Shown here: in pieces, positions 48,959 through 58,468 of the stretch | Layout of the letters: each line of letters opens with the position of its first letter | How positions within the stretch are numbered: position 1 is the stretch's first letter | NCBI GenBank assembly: GCA_965205015.1 | Contig: OZ242029.1 | Location: 839,937-903,936, forward strand | Direction: 5' to 3' | Length of the DNA: 64,000 bases | Source: Candidatus Poribacteria bacterium | GTDB taxonomy: Bacteria > Poribacteria > WGA-4E > WGA-3G | Notes under the pieces: model-generated | Database searches by the model: none | Told to the model about the DNA's origin: nothing | Seen by the model: only the letters and a program-made list of their open reading frames with translations | Position numbers and translations under genes: made by a program

Positions 48959-50655
48959 AATACCGCTGCTATATGGTCCTCTTTTTCCTTCTGAGCATAC
49001 CCACTTCCGCAGAGGTCCAATTCGTTGACGTGACCGCCGCTGCAGGAATCACATTTCGGCATGTCGATGGCAGAACCGGTGAGAAGTACCTCCTCGAAAC
49101 GCTCGGTTCCGGTGCACTCTTCTTCGACTTTGATGTTGATGGCGCTTTGGATCTGTATGTAGTGAATGCTACACATATCCCCCCACCCGCGAGTGAAGGG
49201 ACGCCTCAGACATACATCCCCCGAAACAGACTCTACCGAAACGCCGGCAACGGAATTTTTACGGATATGACAGATAGTGCGGGAGTCGGAGATATTGGCT
49301 ATGGCGTTGGATGTGCAGCCGCCGATGTTAACAATGACGGCTATCCCGAAATCTACGTAACCAACTATGGGCCGAATCGCCTCTATTACAACAACGGTGA
49401 TGGTACCTTTACGGATGTGACGCAAAAAGCCGGAGTCGGCGATGAACGTTGGGGCACAAGTTGTGCGTTTCTGGATTACGATTTAGACGGGTATATTGAC
49501 CTATACGTCGTCAATTACATGAAATTCTCCATTGCGGAGAACGAATGGTGGGAAACTCAAGGTATTAGAACCTATTGCAGTCCGACAGATCAGATCGCCG
49601 GCAGCCACTTTGTAAGCGAGCCTGATATCCTCTATCACAACAATGGCGACGGAACCTTCACAGATGTCACCAACACTGCGGGCATTTCACATCGTGCCCT
49701 CGGCCTCGCCGTCGCAGTCGGAGACTACAATAACGATGGTTACCCAGACCTACACATCGCCAACGATATGGAAGCCGACCTCTTTTACCACAACAACGGC
49801 GATGGCACCTTTACCGAAACCGCTGACTTCACCGGGACAGGGTATGATGAAAACGGTTTCCCAGGAAGCGGTATGGGAAACGCATTCGGGGATTACAATA
49901 ACGACGGTTACCTCGACCTCGTCGTCAGCAACGCCTCTGGACTGCCTGCCCTGCTCTATCAAAATGAAAACGCTGCATTTTTTACCGATGTCTCTTTCGT
50001 TTCAGGAATCGGAGCAGTGACGCTCCCCGACTTTAAATGGGCGGTCGAATTCTTAGACTATGACAACGACGGTCTCCTTGACCTCTTCGTCGCGAACGGA
50101 CATCTTCAAGAGAACATCTCGCTCTTTTCAGAGGGCACCTATCCACAGATGGATTTGATGTTCCGCAACATGCGCAGACAGGACGGCACACACCATTTTA
50201 CTGATGCGTCTACCCAAGTCGGATTGGCAGAACTCCCCAAAAAAGTCAGCCGCGCTGCCGCATTCGGGGACTATGACAACGACGGAGATATTGATATTTT
50301 CCTCAACAACTCCAATCAACACGCAACGCTTCTCCGAAACGAGGGTGGTAATAGCAATCACTGGTTGACAATTCAACTCATCGGTACCCGAAGCAACGCG
50401 TCCGGTATCGGTACAAAAATAGTTGTAAAAGCGGGAAATTTGTCCCTCACCAAAGAAGCACGGAGTGGTGCGAGTTACCTTTCACAAAGTGACCCCCGGG
50501 TTCATTTCGGGCTTGGGGAAAATTCAAAGGTTGATACCTTGGAGATCCACTGGCAGAGCGGGCTTACAGAGCGGTTTTCTAATCTAAAGTCAAACCAAAT
50601 TCTTCGTATTAAAGAGGGACATAAGATTTTGACATACCCCAAAGGAACTGAATAG
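48955..50655 (+). CDS. FG-GAP repeat / ASPIC-UnbV (CRTAC1-like) secreted protein.
   Basis: Start ATG 48955 overlaps the TPR stop (ATGA). Signal peptide 'MKYRCYMVLFFLLSIPTSA'. Repeated 'DxDxDGxxD' FG-GAP units ('DVNNDGYPEIYVTNYGPNRLYYNNGDGTFTDV'). C-terminal UnbV_ASPIC 'NHWLTIQLIGTRSNASGIGTKIVV'. Confidence 0.8.
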   Translation: MKYRCYMVLFFLLSIPTSAEVQFVDVTAAAGITFRHVDGRTGEKYLLETLGSGALFFDFDVDGALDLYVVNATHIPPPASEGTPQTYIPRNRLYRNAGNGIFTDMTDSAGVGDIGYGVGCAAADVNNDGYPEIYVTNYGPNRLYYNNGDGTFTDVTQKAGVGDERWGTSCAFLDYDLDGYIDLYVVNYMKFSIAENEWWETQGIRTYCSPTDQIAGSHFVSEPDILYHNNGDGTFTDVTNTAGISHRALGLAVAVGDYNNDGYPDLHIANDMEADLFYHNNGDGTFTETADFTGTGYDENGFPGSGMGNAFGDYNNDGYLDLVVSNASGLPALLYQNENAAFFTDVSFVSGIGAVTLPDFKWAVEFLDYDNDGLLDLFVANGHLQENISLFSEGTYPQMDLMFRNMRRQDGTHHFTDASTQVGLAELPKKVSRAAAFGDYDNDGDIDIFLNNSNQHATLLRNEGGNSNHWLTIQLIGTRSNASGIGTKIVVKAGNLSLTKEARSGASYLSQSDPRVHFGLGENSKVDTLEIHWQSGLTERFSNLKSNQILRIKEGHKILTYPKGTE

Positions 50656-50829
50656 CCTTAGTTCTTTATAAATTTAACGACTTGTGTTAGCTCCCTATAT
50701 GTCTTTGTTGTTTTCACAACGATTGGGTTTTGTATTATACACATATCGTCCCTACGGAACTGAAGACTGTATCTATCCATACGAAACACTGATAAAACGT
50801 TCCGCTTCTGTGAAACAATGTTTTGTGAT

Positions 50830-52275
50830 AGACCCAAGTCTAAAGACTTGGGCTTCTGCAATCGTTATGCAGAAGCATTTGTGGATTTCAGAATCGGATG
50901 GTTGGATTCAACGGAGCAGCCTACGATCTTGTCAAACAAAACAATAGGACTTACAACCCCTAAGCCAAAGGAAGCTATCCCTTCCTTAAGAATGTTCAGC
51001 GCAGCGTTCTCGTCTCGGTCCAGGTGCGTATCGCAACTTGGACACCTCCAAGAACGATCTGCTAACGTGAGGTTTTGATTTTTATGTCCACAAACACAAC
51101 AGGCTTTTGTCGTCGGAGACCACCGATTGATTTTCAGCACGGAGCGAATACGCTTATGAGACTGGTGCTTGAGTTTCCGCAGGAACTCACCAAACGCAAG
51201 ATCCGAGACCTGTTTCCCCCACAAGCGTTTCATACCCGCAAGGTTCAGGTCCTCAAAGAACAGTATATCAAACTTACGACACAGTTCTATCGCCAGTTTC
51301 CAATGGTGATCTGTCCGTTGGTTCGCCGTTTTCTTGTGGATACGCGCAACGGTCTTGCGTTCCCTCTCTTGGTTGTTAGACCCTTTGACCTTGCGGGAAT
51401 ACGCCTTTTGGGCTTTCGCTAACTTCTCAGCGTTCTGTTTGTAGAACATCGGAGACGTATATCTATGACCATCACTACCAATCAGAAAGTCCTTGATACC
51501 CATATCAAACCCTTCAGCTTGACCCGTCTTGGGTTCGATCTTGATTTCGGTATAGTCTTCTGTCAGCGTAATATACATATCTCCGAGGGCATCTCGTGTT
51601 ACGTGAACTTCGATGATTTGTCCCTCGATTTCACGATGCAGGGCGAAGCGATACCAACGTCCATTCAGTCGGATTTTATAGGTCGGGTGATTTCTTTGGT
51701 TTTTCTGCTTATCCAACACTTTTTCAAGTTTGACCTGTTCACCCCGAAACGTCATCCCTTTGTGTTTCTTACACGACTTGAACTTCGGGTGACCTCTGCC
51801 CAATGTTTTCATTTCACGAAAAGTTTGTGCTAACCGTTTTAGCACATTTTGCAACGCCCAAGAGTAAGGGATATTCCAATGCTGATACTTCTCAAGTTTC
51901 TTCAGTTTCGTCAAATGTTTCGACAGTTTCGCATACGAAAGTCCTTTACCATAGCGGCGGTAATATCGCATACAGAGTGCCAAAAAATGATTTTTCACAA
52001 CGCCACAGATATTGCAATCGTCGTGCAAGTGACGCAACGTCTTATCCTTGAAAAGTTTATGTTTTGTGTTTCGCATGGTTTATCAAGTCTCAAGTCTTTA
52101 ACCCCTATACAGTGGGTGGGACCGACACGTAACCTTGCGGTTATGCTGTATATGTCGGTCCAACTTGATATTCTCATTATATCACACTTTCGGACCAAAC
52201 GTCAAGCAAAAAATGAACGCTTTGGTCCTTTCCAAGAGGGCGAGACTGTATCCCAAAGCTAAAGCATTGGGTTTT
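50830..52275 (-). mobile_element. IS200/IS605-family tnpB-only element (IS1341-like), copy 1.
   Basis: tnpB ORF plus conserved subterminal hairpins. RE is 'cccaagtctaaagacttggg' at 50833-50852. LE is 'cccaaagctaaagcattggg' at 52252-52271. No room for tnpA. Confidence 0.7.
50865..52076 (-). CDS. tnpB: TnpB (IS605 OrfB) RNA-guided endonuclease-like protein.
   Basis: 403 aa. RuvC-I 'GFDMGIKDF', C-terminal zinc finger 'CCVCGHKNQNLTLADRSWRCPSCDTHLDRDENAALNI'. Confidence 0.85.
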   Translation of the reverse strand: MRNTKHKLFKDKTLRHLHDDCNICGVVKNHFLALCMRYYRRYGKGLSYAKLSKHLTKLKKLEKYQHWNIPYSWALQNVLKRLAQTFREMKTLGRGHPKFKSCKKHKGMTFRGEQVKLEKVLDKQKNQRNHPTYKIRLNGRWYRFALHREIEGQIIEVHVTRDALGDMYITLTEDYTEIKIEPKTGQAEGFDMGIKDFLIGSDGHRYTSPMFYKQNAEKLAKAQKAYSRKVKGSNNQERERKTVARIHKKTANQRTDHHWKLAIELCRKFDILFFEDLNLAGMKRLWGKQVSDLAFGEFLRKLKHQSHKRIRSVLKINRWSPTTKACCVCGHKNQNLTLADRSWRCPSCDTHLDRDENAALNILKEGIASFGLGVVSPIVLFDKIVGCSVESNHPILKSTNASA

Positions 52276-52326
52276 CGTCTCGGAAGTTTAGATAAAAAGT
52301 TATTTAGCACCAGTCGTAGGTTTAAT

Positions 52327-52356
52327 TTGACTTTATTCGCTGAAATATCGTATAAT
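52327..52356 (+). promoter_or_regulatory. Sigma70-type promoter (TTGACT-18-TATAAT) about 490 nt upstream of the small secreted-protein gene.
   Basis: TTGACT 52327-52332, TATAAT 52351-52356. Confidence 0.4.
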
Positions 52357-52848
52357 TAACGTGAATTCGACAATAAAAAGCCCTATAGACATCCGTTGCA
52401 TCAATAGGAGCATCTTTATAGCATGAACACCCGACCCCTCAATACGGATTTCTCATTACAAAGTCTTGCGGTCCCGAGCTGGGATGTCCTACCATGCTTT
52501 GCTGTGTGTAATCTGCGCGCATCATCTATACGCCCTGAGATGTTACAACAAGATATAACCATCACCCCCCCCCACTTTACGCGAGTTAAGTAAACCTTAC
52601 CTAAACAACTTATTGCTGCAATGTGCACAAGGACCCTCTTCCTTCGCGCCGCGTAGTCCCCCTAATGCCGCCCCTTGGACATTCTTCACATACAGATGTC
52701 CTCAAGGGCTATTTCTGTTCTGCAAGCATTTTTCGCAGCTGCCTGTCCGTCCTACCGGAGCATATTCACTCCTGCTACCGCTGGCACAGGCCCCACACTC
52801 CCTCACAGGGCGAACGTGCCACAATTAGATGAATACAAAAGGAGAAAC

Positions 52849-53202
52849 ATGAGAGACAAAATTATTTTTTTCATACTCGGTGCTTTACTCGCAACACTCG
52901 CATATTCCGCAGGTGGTATCCAACTTTCTGCTGACGATGATATAACCCTTTTTGAAAAGTTACTTGTCAAAGACCTTTTGATTACAGACTCCCTTCAAAT
53001 CGGAGTCAAAGATTCAAACCTCAGAATTCTCATAAGAAAGACAGAAGATTATGCTGCCATCATCTTGCAAAATCAAGAAAACGACGAACGTATCACACTT
53101 AACGTTTCCAAAGACACTGGACCATTTATTGGGATTCGAAACAAGCATAAGAAAACGCGATTTATGGATGCCAACAGCGTCAATCGTATACACCAAGAGT
53201 AA
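52849..53202 (+). CDS. Small secreted hypothetical protein.
   Basis: RBS AAGGAG 52838, ATG 52849, signal-like 'MRDKIIFFILGALLATLAYSAGG'. 117 aa, within the track ORF 52675..53202. Confidence 0.45.
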   Translation: MRDKIIFFILGALLATLAYSAGGIQLSADDDITLFEKLLVKDLLITDSLQIGVKDSNLRILIRKTEDYAAIILQNQENDERITLNVSKDTGPFIGIRNKHKKTRFMDANSVNRIHQE

Positions 53203-53232
53203 ACAGCAAAAATTCAGAGGTCATAAGAACCT

Positions 53233-53997
53233 TTACGTATCACTATCAGGGATCTCTGGCCAATTGTGTTCCGGTGAATATCCTAAATCCGCTTCCGCGG
53301 GTCGCCACGCGAAACGGGAATCCGCACGACCCGCGACAGCATTATAAGAACCATACCGGACTGTCTCTGTCTCAATCGCGCGAGCAACACACTGCGCAAC
53401 ATCTCTCGGATCCACGTAAACGAACCAAGGATCTGTCACAATATCAGGAGCCGTCGGACCGGGATTCTGTCCGTCGCCATCTATAACACCCGGACGGACA
53501 TGAATCACGTCCAATCCATGCGCTTGATGATACGCCGCTCCGATCTGTTCACCGAGATACTTCGCCAGCGCGTAGTAAAGATCTCCCGGACCGAATTGGA
53601 AGTCATCGTCCACCTTGTAAGGCAATTCAGCACTTGGGGCAGGTGGACACGCCGAAATACTTGAGATGTTCACCAATTTTTTGACGCCTTGCTTCACACA
53701 GGCTTCCGCGACGTTCCATGTCCCTTTCACCATAACATCCGCAAATAGCGAAGCCGGTTTATCAGACCGTCCCCGTACCAGCGCAACAAGATGGACGACA
53801 GCGTCTTGATCCGTACACGCTGCCTCGATTTCAGCAGCATCCGTCACATCCGCCTTGATAAAATTCGTGCCTGAAACCGTCCGATCCAGTTCAACAATAT
53901 CAGTGAGCGTAAGGTCATACTCACCACGCAACCGATCAATGATAAACTGCGCCAGATATCCATTCGCACCCGTAATCAAAATCTTTTCAATCGACAT
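53233..53997 (-). CDS. NAD-dependent epimerase/dehydratase (extended SDR) family protein.
   Basis: 'ILITGANGYLAQFIIDRL' Rossmann motif. 254 aa. Confidence 0.7.
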   Translation of the reverse strand: MSIEKILITGANGYLAQFIIDRLRGEYDLTLTDIVELDRTVSGTNFIKADVTDAAEIEAACTDQDAVVHLVALVRGRSDKPASLFADVMVKGTWNVAEACVKQGVKKLVNISSISACPPAPSAELPYKVDDDFQFGPGDLYYALAKYLGEQIGAAYHQAHGLDVIHVRPGVIDGDGQNPGPTAPDIVTDPWFVYVDPRDVAQCVARAIETETVRYGSYNAVAGRADSRFAWRPAEADLGYSPEHNWPEIPDSDT

Positions 53998-54048
53998 TGG
54001 TTTTCCTTAAAGGTAGTAGGCACACGCCGCTGTGCCGTAACAAGGCAT

Positions 54049-54276
54049 TTACGCGAAAGAGGCTTCCGTTTCATAGAGTGTCTCATTGAAGCCAACAAAG
54101 AAAACATTTCCGCTTTGTATCGTCGGCGCCCGGAGGCTACCGCTCCGCCCCATTACCACTTTTAGGATCGATTCCTGTGTGTCTTCGGTCGGCACGAAGG
54201 TTTCCACACGCTTCCCTTTCGCAACAACGATTCGCTCCGCACTGCCCATTAAATCCCATACCGCCGTTGCATCCAT
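54049..54276 (-). CDS. Hypothetical small protein.
   Basis: 75-aa ORF co-directional between two enzyme genes. No recognised motif. Confidence 0.3.
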   Translation of the reverse strand: MDATAVWDLMGSAERIVVAKGKRVETFVPTEDTQESILKVVMGRSGSLRAPTIQSGNVFFVGFNETLYETEASFA

Positions 54277-54410
54277 TCGCTCTTTCCGGGCATCAGTCCG
54301 ACTTTCTGGCTGTAATTCGTGTTCGTCAAGAAACTCTTGAACCTTTTTACACGAGGTTCAGCTACTCCGAGAATAAATCCAATCTATCATTTTTTAATTT
54401 TCCTTTTACC

Positions 54411-55418
54411 TTATAGGTCCCCAACGTTAATAAATCTGCCGGTATCACGACTCTGGACGGCTGCATCAATTAGGGCGAGTGTCTCCATTGCATCGGCGAA
54501 TGACGAGCGAATCAGTGTCCTGTCACCTGTTTCAATGGCACGCAACCATGCGCCGGATTTATCCAATCCCAGACTGTTTTCGGAAACCCCCGGTTCATTG
54601 ACAACCTCACCGTTAAGGTATCCACGGATAACGTTATCCGTCATCTTCGCGTGCAATCGCAGATGCGGTCCGACGACTTCAACCTCAAAACTAAATCCCT
54701 CGGTCCCACAATGATTCATGTGTGTTCCAAAAACGCCGTTGTCCAATTGATAGGTCATTTGAATGGCATTTTCGGCATCGAATTCCGTGCGTTCTAATGC
54801 CATGTTCTTAGCGGCGAGGGCGTGTGCTTGCACCGGTTTCGGATTTCCCATTACAAAACGTGCACAATCCAGCACATGCACCGCTTGTTCCGGCAAGGGA
54901 CCCCCGCTGATCTCATATTGTAGAAACCAAGGCGACATCCGGAAACTTAGGTAATAATCAACAGTACACACCGTCCGGACGAGGTGGACCGTTTCCGAAG
55001 CGATTAACACCTTCAGTCGTTCATAGAGCGGATGGTAGCGAAGTTGGAACCCAACAGCGGAAATGACATCCGCTTTCTCGATGCATGCAAGGCATTTTCT
55101 ACCTTCAGCCATGTCCAAGGCGGGCGGTTTTTCAACCATCACAGGAATGCCGCGGTCGCACGCCATTTGGATCGGTTCAAGACGGACAGGGGGTGGTGTC
55201 GTGATAACCACCCCGTCCATGTCCACATCGAAAAAGGCATCCAACGCCGTCGTCGCAAGTGCTGATTCGGCATGCGCGGCGAGTTCGCGCGCTGCTTCAA
55301 GTCTCACATCATGGACGGCGACAACACGCGCACCGTAATTGGTCATCGCACCCTGATGATGCCTTCCCATACTACCAGCACCAATAATGCCTATTGCTAA
55401 CGGTTTTTGAGAGCTCAT
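54411..55418 (-). CDS. Gfo/Idh/MocA-family oxidoreductase.
   Basis: 'LAIGIIGAGSMGRHH' Rossmann N-terminus. 335 aa. Confidence 0.75.
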   Translation of the reverse strand: MSSQKPLAIGIIGAGSMGRHHQGAMTNYGARVVAVHDVRLEAARELAAHAESALATTALDAFFDVDMDGVVITTPPPVRLEPIQMACDRGIPVMVEKPPALDMAEGRKCLACIEKADVISAVGFQLRYHPLYERLKVLIASETVHLVRTVCTVDYYLSFRMSPWFLQYEISGGPLPEQAVHVLDCARFVMGNPKPVQAHALAAKNMALERTEFDAENAIQMTYQLDNGVFGTHMNHCGTEGFSFEVEVVGPHLRLHAKMTDNVIRGYLNGEVVNEPGVSENSLGLDKSGAWLRAIETGDRTLIRSSFADAMETLALIDAAVQSRDTGRFINVGDL

Positions 55419-55431
55419 TGTATTGTCAAAC

Positions 55432-56645
55432 TACCCAAGCCTAAAGACTTGGGCTTGCCTTAAACAACAACTGTGTTGCGTTTTGCAAGCCCGCGTCTCG
55501 TGCTTCGTTGGTGTTTCTCGCTTCACAGAGAGTGGTAACCCACTGCTCTCCACGAAGGACAGTAGCTGCCCTGAGAAGTATGTTTATCGCAGCGTTGTGG
55601 TCCCAGTCTAACGAAGTGCCACAAAAACTACAGTGAAAGGTGCGTATCGCTAAAGAGAGTTTCTTTGGCGACTTCTTGCCACAAGCCAAGCATGTTTGCG
55701 AAGTGTTCTTGGGATCAACTTGGTGGAAATGCAGACCGTCTCTTTCGGCTATGTCTGCACACCATTTAAAGAAGATACCCCAAGAGGCATCCGAAATGCT
55801 CTTGCTGAGGTGTTTATTCTTTACCATATTAGACGTGCTTAACTCCTCTGCCACTAAAACATTGTTTTCTTTATGATGATAGAGTTTATAGACGAGTTTG
55901 CCGATAAAGTCTTTGCGTTTGTTCGCGGTTCGCTCATGGTGTAAAGCGAGGGTGTGTTGGTGTTTCTTTCTTCGGTGGCTCCCTAACTTTTTACGCGATA
56001 GGTCTTTCGAGTGTTTTCGGAGCAAACCTTCTGCTTGGCGATACCAGCGCGGGTTATCTTCCTTTTCGCCTTCGGAAGTCGTTAGGTAGTGTGTCGTGCC
56101 AACATCAACAGCGACCGCAGCCCTCGGTTCAACTTTCGCAGTATCGGGGAGTTCACAGGTAATATGAGCATACCAGCCACTTGCTTTTTTCACGAGTGTC
56201 ACTTCTTTCGGATCGCCTTCAAGCGGGCGGTGCATGTATATCTTGACTTCACCCAGCTTTGGTACTTTCAAACGGTCGTGTTTCCATGGGGTTTCTCGGA
56301 TAGGATTCTCGCGAACGCGTATCGTCTGTTTTTCAGCATCTTTGGTCTTTCGACGAACCACTTTCGTATATTTGCGAAGACTCCACGTCAGAGAACGCAC
56401 ACGCTTTTTGTAGCGAGGATACCCTTTTTTCGCAGCGTTTTCTTTACAACGTTTGCGGAAGGCAGTAAAGGCTTTATCGTTTCTTCGCAGGGCGTGGTTT
56501 TGGAAATCTTGTGGCACTTCTCGGAAGTCATCATATTTTTCACGAGCTTGCGTGAGAAGCGTCTGCTGGTCAGAGAGCGAAACAAAGGTTTCCCCTTCCG
56601 TTCCAAGAGGGCGGTTTTTCCTCCCAAAGCTAAAGCATTGGGATT
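55432..56645 (-). mobile_element. IS200/IS605-family tnpB-only element, copy 2 (5'-shortened).
   Basis: RE hairpin 'cccaagcctaaagacttggg' 55435-55454, LE hairpin 'cccaaagctaaagcattggg' 56623-56642. The tnpB start codon lies inside the LE hairpin. Sequence downstream of LE ('cgccctcttggaacgga') matches copy 1, then jumps into mid-tnpB. Confidence 0.65.
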
Positions 56646-56649
56646 CCAA
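55441..56649 (-). CDS. tnpB: TnpB-like protein lacking the first ~60-80 aa relative to copy 1. Possibly truncated.
   Basis: RuvC-I 'AVAVDVGTTHYL', zinc finger 'CLACGKKSPKKLSLAIRTFHCSFCGTSLDWDHNAAINIL'. Begins at the region equivalent to 'AFTAFRKRCKENAAKKGYPRYKKR'. Confidence 0.7.
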   Translation of the reverse strand: MESQCFSFGRKNRPLGTEGETFVSLSDQQTLLTQAREKYDDFREVPQDFQNHALRRNDKAFTAFRKRCKENAAKKGYPRYKKRVRSLTWSLRKYTKVVRRKTKDAEKQTIRVRENPIRETPWKHDRLKVPKLGEVKIYMHRPLEGDPKEVTLVKKASGWYAHITCELPDTAKVEPRAAVAVDVGTTHYLTTSEGEKEDNPRWYRQAEGLLRKHSKDLSRKKLGSHRRKKHQHTLALHHERTANKRKDFIGKLVYKLYHHKENNVLVAEELSTSNMVKNKHLSKSISDASWGIFFKWCADIAERDGLHFHQVDPKNTSQTCLACGKKSPKKLSLAIRTFHCSFCGTSLDWDHNAAINILLRAATVLRGEQWVTTLCEARNTNEARDAGLQNATQLLFKASPSL

Positions 56650-56788
56650 AACCGATTATTCCCTTGAGATGTCCCCACGTTACCGCGAGTTTCCTTTTTA
56701 TCCCCTTGCTACGGAGTAACGCTTGTCTTTTGTAGGCACAATTTTGGCATTAGCGAAATGCCCTAAACTCTGCCTACAACCGATGAGG

Positions 56789-57502
56789 TTATTCTGTCTT
56801 AATCTCTGCCCACGTTGTAGCAGCCTTCCCGTCCGGTTCAACAGCCATCGGGTCTTTGCCGCCGTAAATCTCGATTTCATCAACGCGAGCCCCGCCATTC
56901 GTGCGAATATGAAGACGTAACCACCGCGCCTCTACATCCTTGAAGGTAAACTCAGTCGTTTCACTCACCGGATCACCCTTGTGCGTATAAACCTTCGTCC
57001 ATGAGTTTGCATCGGAGTTTGGATCCGCTTTCGAGGTCGCGACCAGGATATCAAAGTCAGCAGTTGTCCTATCGAGAAACCCCTGCGAATGATCGCTACC
57101 GAAGTAGATGCGGTTCACATTGGCAACATCCCCTATATCGATCTGTGCCCAACCGGGTATCGCGCCGATGATCCAACTCCGGCAGTTGTTGTAAAAACCG
57201 TCGTTGAGGTATTCAACACAGTGTCTGCGCGGACACCATCCCTCGAGCTGCGAAGAGGCTTCCGGTTTCGCATCCTTGAGGAGTGCCAAATTGGGTTCCT
57301 TGTCCCGAACCGTCGGCACAAATTCAGGTCCCGGCTTGCCCCCAGCGTCACATTCATCTGTTGCTGCTTTTTGGTCCTGCTTCTTAAACTCGTAACGCCC
57401 GAACTTTTCAGGTCCTTGCGCTTCGTCATGCACTGCAAAGACAGTAAACGTGCTTATGAGCATCACTGCTATCACAAGCCACCAATACTTCGTCCATCTC
57501 AT
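56789..57502 (-). CDS. Secreted protein with discoidin (F5/8 type C)/galactose-binding-like domain.
   Basis: Start ATG 57500-57502 after GGAGG, signal/TM 'MRWTKYWWLVIAVMLISTFTVFA'. C-terminal 'GWAQIDIGDVANVNRIYFGSDHSQGF...RWLRLHIRTNGGARVDEIEIYG'. Confidence 0.45.
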   Translation of the reverse strand: MRWTKYWWLVIAVMLISTFTVFAVHDEAQGPEKFGRYEFKKQDQKAATDECDAGGKPGPEFVPTVRDKEPNLALLKDAKPEASSQLEGWCPRRHCVEYLNDGFYNNCRSWIIGAIPGWAQIDIGDVANVNRIYFGSDHSQGFLDRTTADFDILVATSKADPNSDANSWTKVYTHKGDPVSETTEFTFKDVEARWLRLHIRTNGGARVDEIEIYGGKDPMAVEPDGKAATTWAEIKTE

Positions 57503-57699
57503 TGTAGATTCCTCCGTTTTCAAGGTAGTCTTTAACATCATATTAGCACAAGTGAAAAATTGTTTCAAGAAAACGGTTATCTCTTGACTTTTTTTTTCTC
57601 TGTTGCTATCTTAAGATTGTATTCACCGTTTAGACATTTTCAATTTTTGTTGACACCTGTAAAGATGTCGCTTATAATTCTACCGTAAAGGATCGAAAT

Positions 57700-58449
57700 T
57701 TGAAACAGCATGCTATTTTTTGGTTATTCCCTCTCACTTTGATATACGTTTCAGCAGTTTGCGATGCCCAAGAGTTGGTGCTGCATCTCTCTTTTGAGGC
57801 GTTAGATGGAAAGGTTGCAAAGGACCGTTCGGAATTTGGTAACGATGCAACCTTCAAAGGTTCTCCAAAACTCATTGAAGGTGTTTTCGGAAAAGCATTG
57901 GAGTTCGACGGAAAAACTTCCGGACAAATTCCCGATCATGCCAGCCTTGATATTGTCGATGGCATCACCATCGAATTCTGGGCGATTGTCAAAGGGGGTG
58001 AGGCAATCCAGAGCGGTGTCGAAAAAGGCGTCGCTTGGGTTTCTGGCTTGTATAATCTCGCAGCGCTTTACAACGGCGGAACAATCCTTCAATTTTTTGA
58101 CTTACCAGATGCCTGTAACGATGAGAACATCGGTCCCAGTATTCAGGATGACGAGTGGCATTTTCTCGCAGGAACATGGGACGGAAAAACAATTCTGCTC
58201 TACATCGACGGCGAACTGGAAGCGGAAATGGCGTGTAAAGGTGAACTAACGCCGAACAACGATCCCCTCTTCATCGGCGCACGTGGCGGAAGTGGACGCT
58301 TTCTCACCGGAGCCTTGGATGAAATCAAAATGTATAATTACGCCTTAACCCAAGAGGAACTGCTTAAGGATATGGAGGCACCTGTTACGTTGCCTGTCAA
58401 CGTACAGGATCAATTGACTACCGTCTGGGCACGCCTCAAAACCGACTAA
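57700..58449 (+). CDS. Secreted LamG-like domain protein (paralog of 46967..47743).
   Basis: 'LVLHLSFEALDGKVAKD...ALEFDGKTSGQIPDHASLDIVDGITIEFWA...GALDEIKMYNYALTQEEL'. Confidence 0.65.
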   Translation: MKQHAIFWLFPLTLIYVSAVCDAQELVLHLSFEALDGKVAKDRSEFGNDATFKGSPKLIEGVFGKALEFDGKTSGQIPDHASLDIVDGITIEFWAIVKGGEAIQSGVEKGVAWVSGLYNLAALYNGGTILQFFDLPDACNDENIGPSIQDDEWHFLAGTWDGKTILLYIDGELEAEMACKGELTPNNDPLFIGARGGSGRFLTGALDEIKMYNYALTQEELLKDMEAPVTLPVNVQDQLTTVWARLKTD

Positions 58450-58468
58450 TCATCGCAACACAGGAGGT

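Noticed and set aside
52370-52848. Possible tmRNA, because of 'gtgaattcgacaataaaaagcc' resembling the tmRNA 5' 'ctggattcgacggg'
   Set aside because: No GGGG acceptor 5' end, no T-arm/CCA 3' end, and no tag reading frame ending in AA-stop. The resemblance is a short chance match.
56089-56667. 192-aa plus-strand ORF and 96-aa minus-strand ORF (56388..56678) near tnpB copy 2
   Set aside because: They overlap tnpB in other frames or strands and have no recognisable motifs. Most likely antisense artefacts of the IS.
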